Positions 61,528 to 64,000 of a stretch of 64,000 nt of DNA are shown here, piece after piece. Source of the DNA: Nitrospirota bacterium (GTDB taxonomy: Bacteria > Nitrospirota > UBA9217); the NCBI GenBank assembly GCA_963840455.1, contig CAWIYV010000001.1, positions 192,001 through 256,000 on the forward strand, in the 5' to 3' direction. How positions within the stretch are numbered: position 1 is the first letter of the stretch; every line of letters starts with the position of its first letter. Under the pieces are notes generated by a model. It was given only the letters and a program-made list of their open reading frames with translations. It had not been told where the DNA came from and ran no database searches. The position numbers and the translations under genes were made by a program.

Positions 61528-62532
61528 TCATGTTCCGCAAATCCGCAGGATCATCCTCTCCAGCACCAGCCGCCCGCTCAATCCGCTTGACTTGAGCCCT
61601 CTGTCCGTGTTCAGCAGGACCTCGAACACCTTTTCCAACTCCATCAGGGAGTAGCTCCGCACCTGATCCTTGAACGCTGCCGCCTGGTGGAAGATCACCG
61701 GCGGTCTGAGCTTCTTCATGCCTTCGTCAAGCCCCACCCCTGAGGACTCCATAGCCTTTACCTGCATGAGCCTCCTGAAGTTCCAGCCGATGGCACCGAG
61801 GAGACCAATAGGGGATCCACCCTCCTGGATGAGACGGGAAAGGATCAGGAAGGCCAACGCAGGGTCTTTCTTGCCCAGGGCGGCGGCCAGGTCAAAGGAT
61901 GAGTATTCCCGGAAGTTCCCCACTACCGTCTTCACGTCGTTGTAGGTGATTTTCTTCCGTTCCTTGATGGAGATGATCGTCTTCTCGAGCTCGTTCGCGA
62001 TGGTCTGAAGGTCGTTCCCCAGGGTCTGCCACACATAGAGCACGGCGTCGCGCTGGATGGACAGGCCGCGCTCCCGGCACCAGTTCTCAATCCAGCTGGC
62101 CATATCGCGGTCCAGAATCGCGTAGAACCGGACTACGGCCCCTATTGCCTCTACTGCGGCAATGAACGCTTTTTTCTCGAACTTTGACTGGTTCGAAATC
62201 AACACAAGGCAGGTGCTCGGCGAGGGGGACTGGAAGTAGGCGATGAGCTCGTCAAGGTCCGCGGCCTTTAACGCGTCGATCTCTTTTGCGACGATCAGTC
62301 GCCTCTGAGCCAGGAACGGAATGGTCTGGGCAAGGTTCACGATCTCGTTCCCCGACGTCTCCTTGCAGTATACCGTGTCGTAGGTGAAATCCCGGGAGGC
62401 AGGGTCAACGACTTTGCTGACGATCAGGTCGAGCGCCTCCTGGACCAAAAAAGGCTCTTCGCCGAATAACAGGTAAACGGGCTTGATCGTGCCCTGTTTG
62501 AGGCTGCGCATCAGGTCTTCAGATTTGATCAT
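61528..62532 (-). CDS. holA: DNA polymerase III delta subunit
   Basis: VYLLFGEE; ELEK; D..LKS; leuS-lptE-holA synteny. Confidence 0.9.
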   Translation of the reverse strand: MIKSEDLMRSLKQGTIKPVYLLFGEEPFLVQEALDLIVSKVVDPASRDFTYDTVYCKETSGNEIVNLAQTIPFLAQRRLIVAKEIDALKAADLDELIAYFQSPSPSTCLVLISNQSKFEKKAFIAAVEAIGAVVRFYAILDRDMASWIENWCRERGLSIQRDAVLYVWQTLGNDLQTIANELEKTIISIKERKKITYNDVKTVVGNFREYSSFDLAAALGKKDPALAFLILSRLIQEGGSPIGLLGAIGWNFRRLMQVKAMESSGVGLDEGMKKLRPPVIFHQAAAFKDQVRSYSLMELEKVFEVLLNTDRGLKSSGLSGRLVLERMILRICGT

Positions 62533-62640
62533 GGGAGAGTCCTGAGATACTTCGTGGCACGGGCCAAGGTCCGAGAAAAACATCAGGGGAAATCGTTTAA
62601 CAGTGAACCTTAAACCTTGAACGGTGGACCATGAACCACA

Positions 62641-63168
62641 TTAAAATCCTTCCAACACCCTGCTCCGGAGGGTCCAGGCGATATCCTGGCTCGCCTTCTT
62701 GATGGCGGCTTCTTTGGCGATCTTGGTGACGGTGATATCGCCAATGGTCACCTTGTAGTCAGAGATAAACACTGCCTCGATACCGTTCTCTTTCCACAGG
62801 GTCTTCTTCGATCTGAGGTCGTCGAGGCTTGCGTCCACCACCAGACGGACCCGGTACTGCTGGGCAAAGGAGTCCGCCGTAAAGGACAGGGCCGTGACCT
62901 CGTACTTCACGACCTTCCCCCGCAGCACGAGATCAGCCGACTCCACGTCAGCTACCCGCAGCCTGCCATCGGCAATGAACTCGTCAGCGACCGCCTTGGT
63001 CAATTCCACATCGACGTAGGGCTCATTGGTATTGTTGATGAACCCGGGGACCGCGATGGTCTTCGTTCCCTCGGGGATCAGGAGCCCGGTCCCCGATATC
63101 CGGTAGCCGCAGGAGGACACAACGACAAGTGACGCGAACAGCATGACGATGATGGTCTTGTTCCGCAT
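62641..63168 (-). CDS. lptE: LPS assembly lipoprotein LptE-like
   Basis: Lipobox SSCGY; synteny; start 63168 or 63189. Confidence 0.8.
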   Translation of the reverse strand: MRNKTIIVMLFASLVVVSSCGYRISGTGLLIPEGTKTIAVPGFINNTNEPYVDVELTKAVADEFIADGRLRVADVESADLVLRGKVVKYEVTALSFTADSFAQQYRVRLVVDASLDDLRSKKTLWKENGIEAVFISDYKVTIGDITVTKIAKEAAIKKASQDIAWTLRSRVLEGF

Positions 63169-63193
63169 TCCACGCTCCGCACTCCGCATAAAT

Positions 63194-64000
63194 TTACACG
63201 ACTACGCTCACCAGTTTCCCCTGCACCACGATCACCTTCTTCGGCGTCTTCCCGGCAAGATGTTCCTTCACCTTGGGGTCGGCAAGTGCCGCGGTCTCGA
63301 TATCCTTGTCGGACGTGCCCGCAGGCAGCGTAAGCTTGCTCCGCACCTTGCCGTTCACCTGGACCACGATCGTTATCTCTGTTGCCACGATCGCTTCCGG
63401 ATCGTGGACAGGCCACCCTGCGTTCGCAATGCTGGTATCGTTGCCCAGCGCCTCCCAGAGCTCTTCTGCAAAATGCGGGGCAAAAGGCGCTATCAGCAGC
63501 GTCAGCGCATCAACGGCCGACCGGAGCACGGGAGCCTGTTTGTTGGGGCTGAACGATCCCGACGTATAGTCGTACATTTCGTTCACCATCTCCATGAGCG
63601 CGGCTATGGCCGTGTTGAAATGAAACTCCCGCTCGATGTCCTCGGTCACCTTCTTGATGGTCAGGTGGGTCTTGCGGTACAGGGGGTCGCCCTTCGACTC
63701 AGGACCGGCCGGTTTGACATTCCGGATGTCCTGACTGAACTTGTACACGATCGCCCAGATACGGTGGAGAAACCGGTATGCCCCATCCACGCCCTGGTCG
63801 TTCCATTCAAGGTCGCGCTCCGGCGGCGCGGCAAAGAGCGAGAAGAGGCGCGCCGTGTCGGCGCCGTACTTCGTGATGATGAAGTCCGGGTCAACTACGT
63901 TGCCCTTGGACTTGCTCATCTTGGCGCCGTCCTTGATCACCATGCCCTGGGTCAGGAGGTTCTGGAACGGCTCGTCACCGTCGAACAGGCCGAGGTCCCG
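63194..64000 (-). CDS. leuS: Leucyl-tRNA synthetase, C-terminal part (runs beyond window)
   Basis: KMSKSKGN; YGADTAR; FNTAIA; VQVNGKVR. Confidence 0.95.
   Translation of the reverse strand, partial: RDLGLFDGDEPFQNLLTQGMVIKDGAKMSKSKGNVVDPDFIITKYGADTARLFSLFAAPPERDLEWNDQGVDGAYRFLHRIWAIVYKFSQDIRNVKPAGPESKGDPLYRKTHLTIKKVTEDIEREFHFNTAIAALMEMVNEMYDYTSGSFSPNKQAPVLRSAVDALTLLIAPFAPHFAEELWEALGNDTSIANAGWPVHDPEAIVATEITIVVQVNGKVRSKLTLPAGTSDKDIETAALADPKVKEHLAGKTPKKVIVVQGKLVSVVV

Overview
GC-rich bacterial chromosomal segment, mostly housekeeping genes on the - strand. Gene content and order suggest Nitrospirota or Desulfobacterota (inference only). It holds a type IV minor-pilin/PilY1 locus with a sigma54 promoter, nfnAB, purine and pyrimidine genes, an extra sigma70-family factor, a decaheme cytochrome, the ilv-psd-pssA-leu-asd cluster, tsaB/rimI, rluB, guaB, murJ, rpsT, holA, lptE and a partial leuS. 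Two signals are missed by the ORF track. (1) Two genes, a secreted rhodanese and an Ogt-type DNA alkyltransferase, have an in-frame TGA at a Cys-equivalent position followed by SECIS-like hairpins of matching geometry, so they are probable selenoproteins. (2) Six copies of a ~112-bp intergenic double-hairpin element fit the IS608-type guide/cleavage rule at both ends (target TGAA), suggesting a non-autonomous IS200/IS605-like element; they include a tandem dimer and hairpin-collapsed derivatives. No rRNA, tRNA or CRISPR array was recognised. Start codons were adjusted by eye where the ORF track over-extends.
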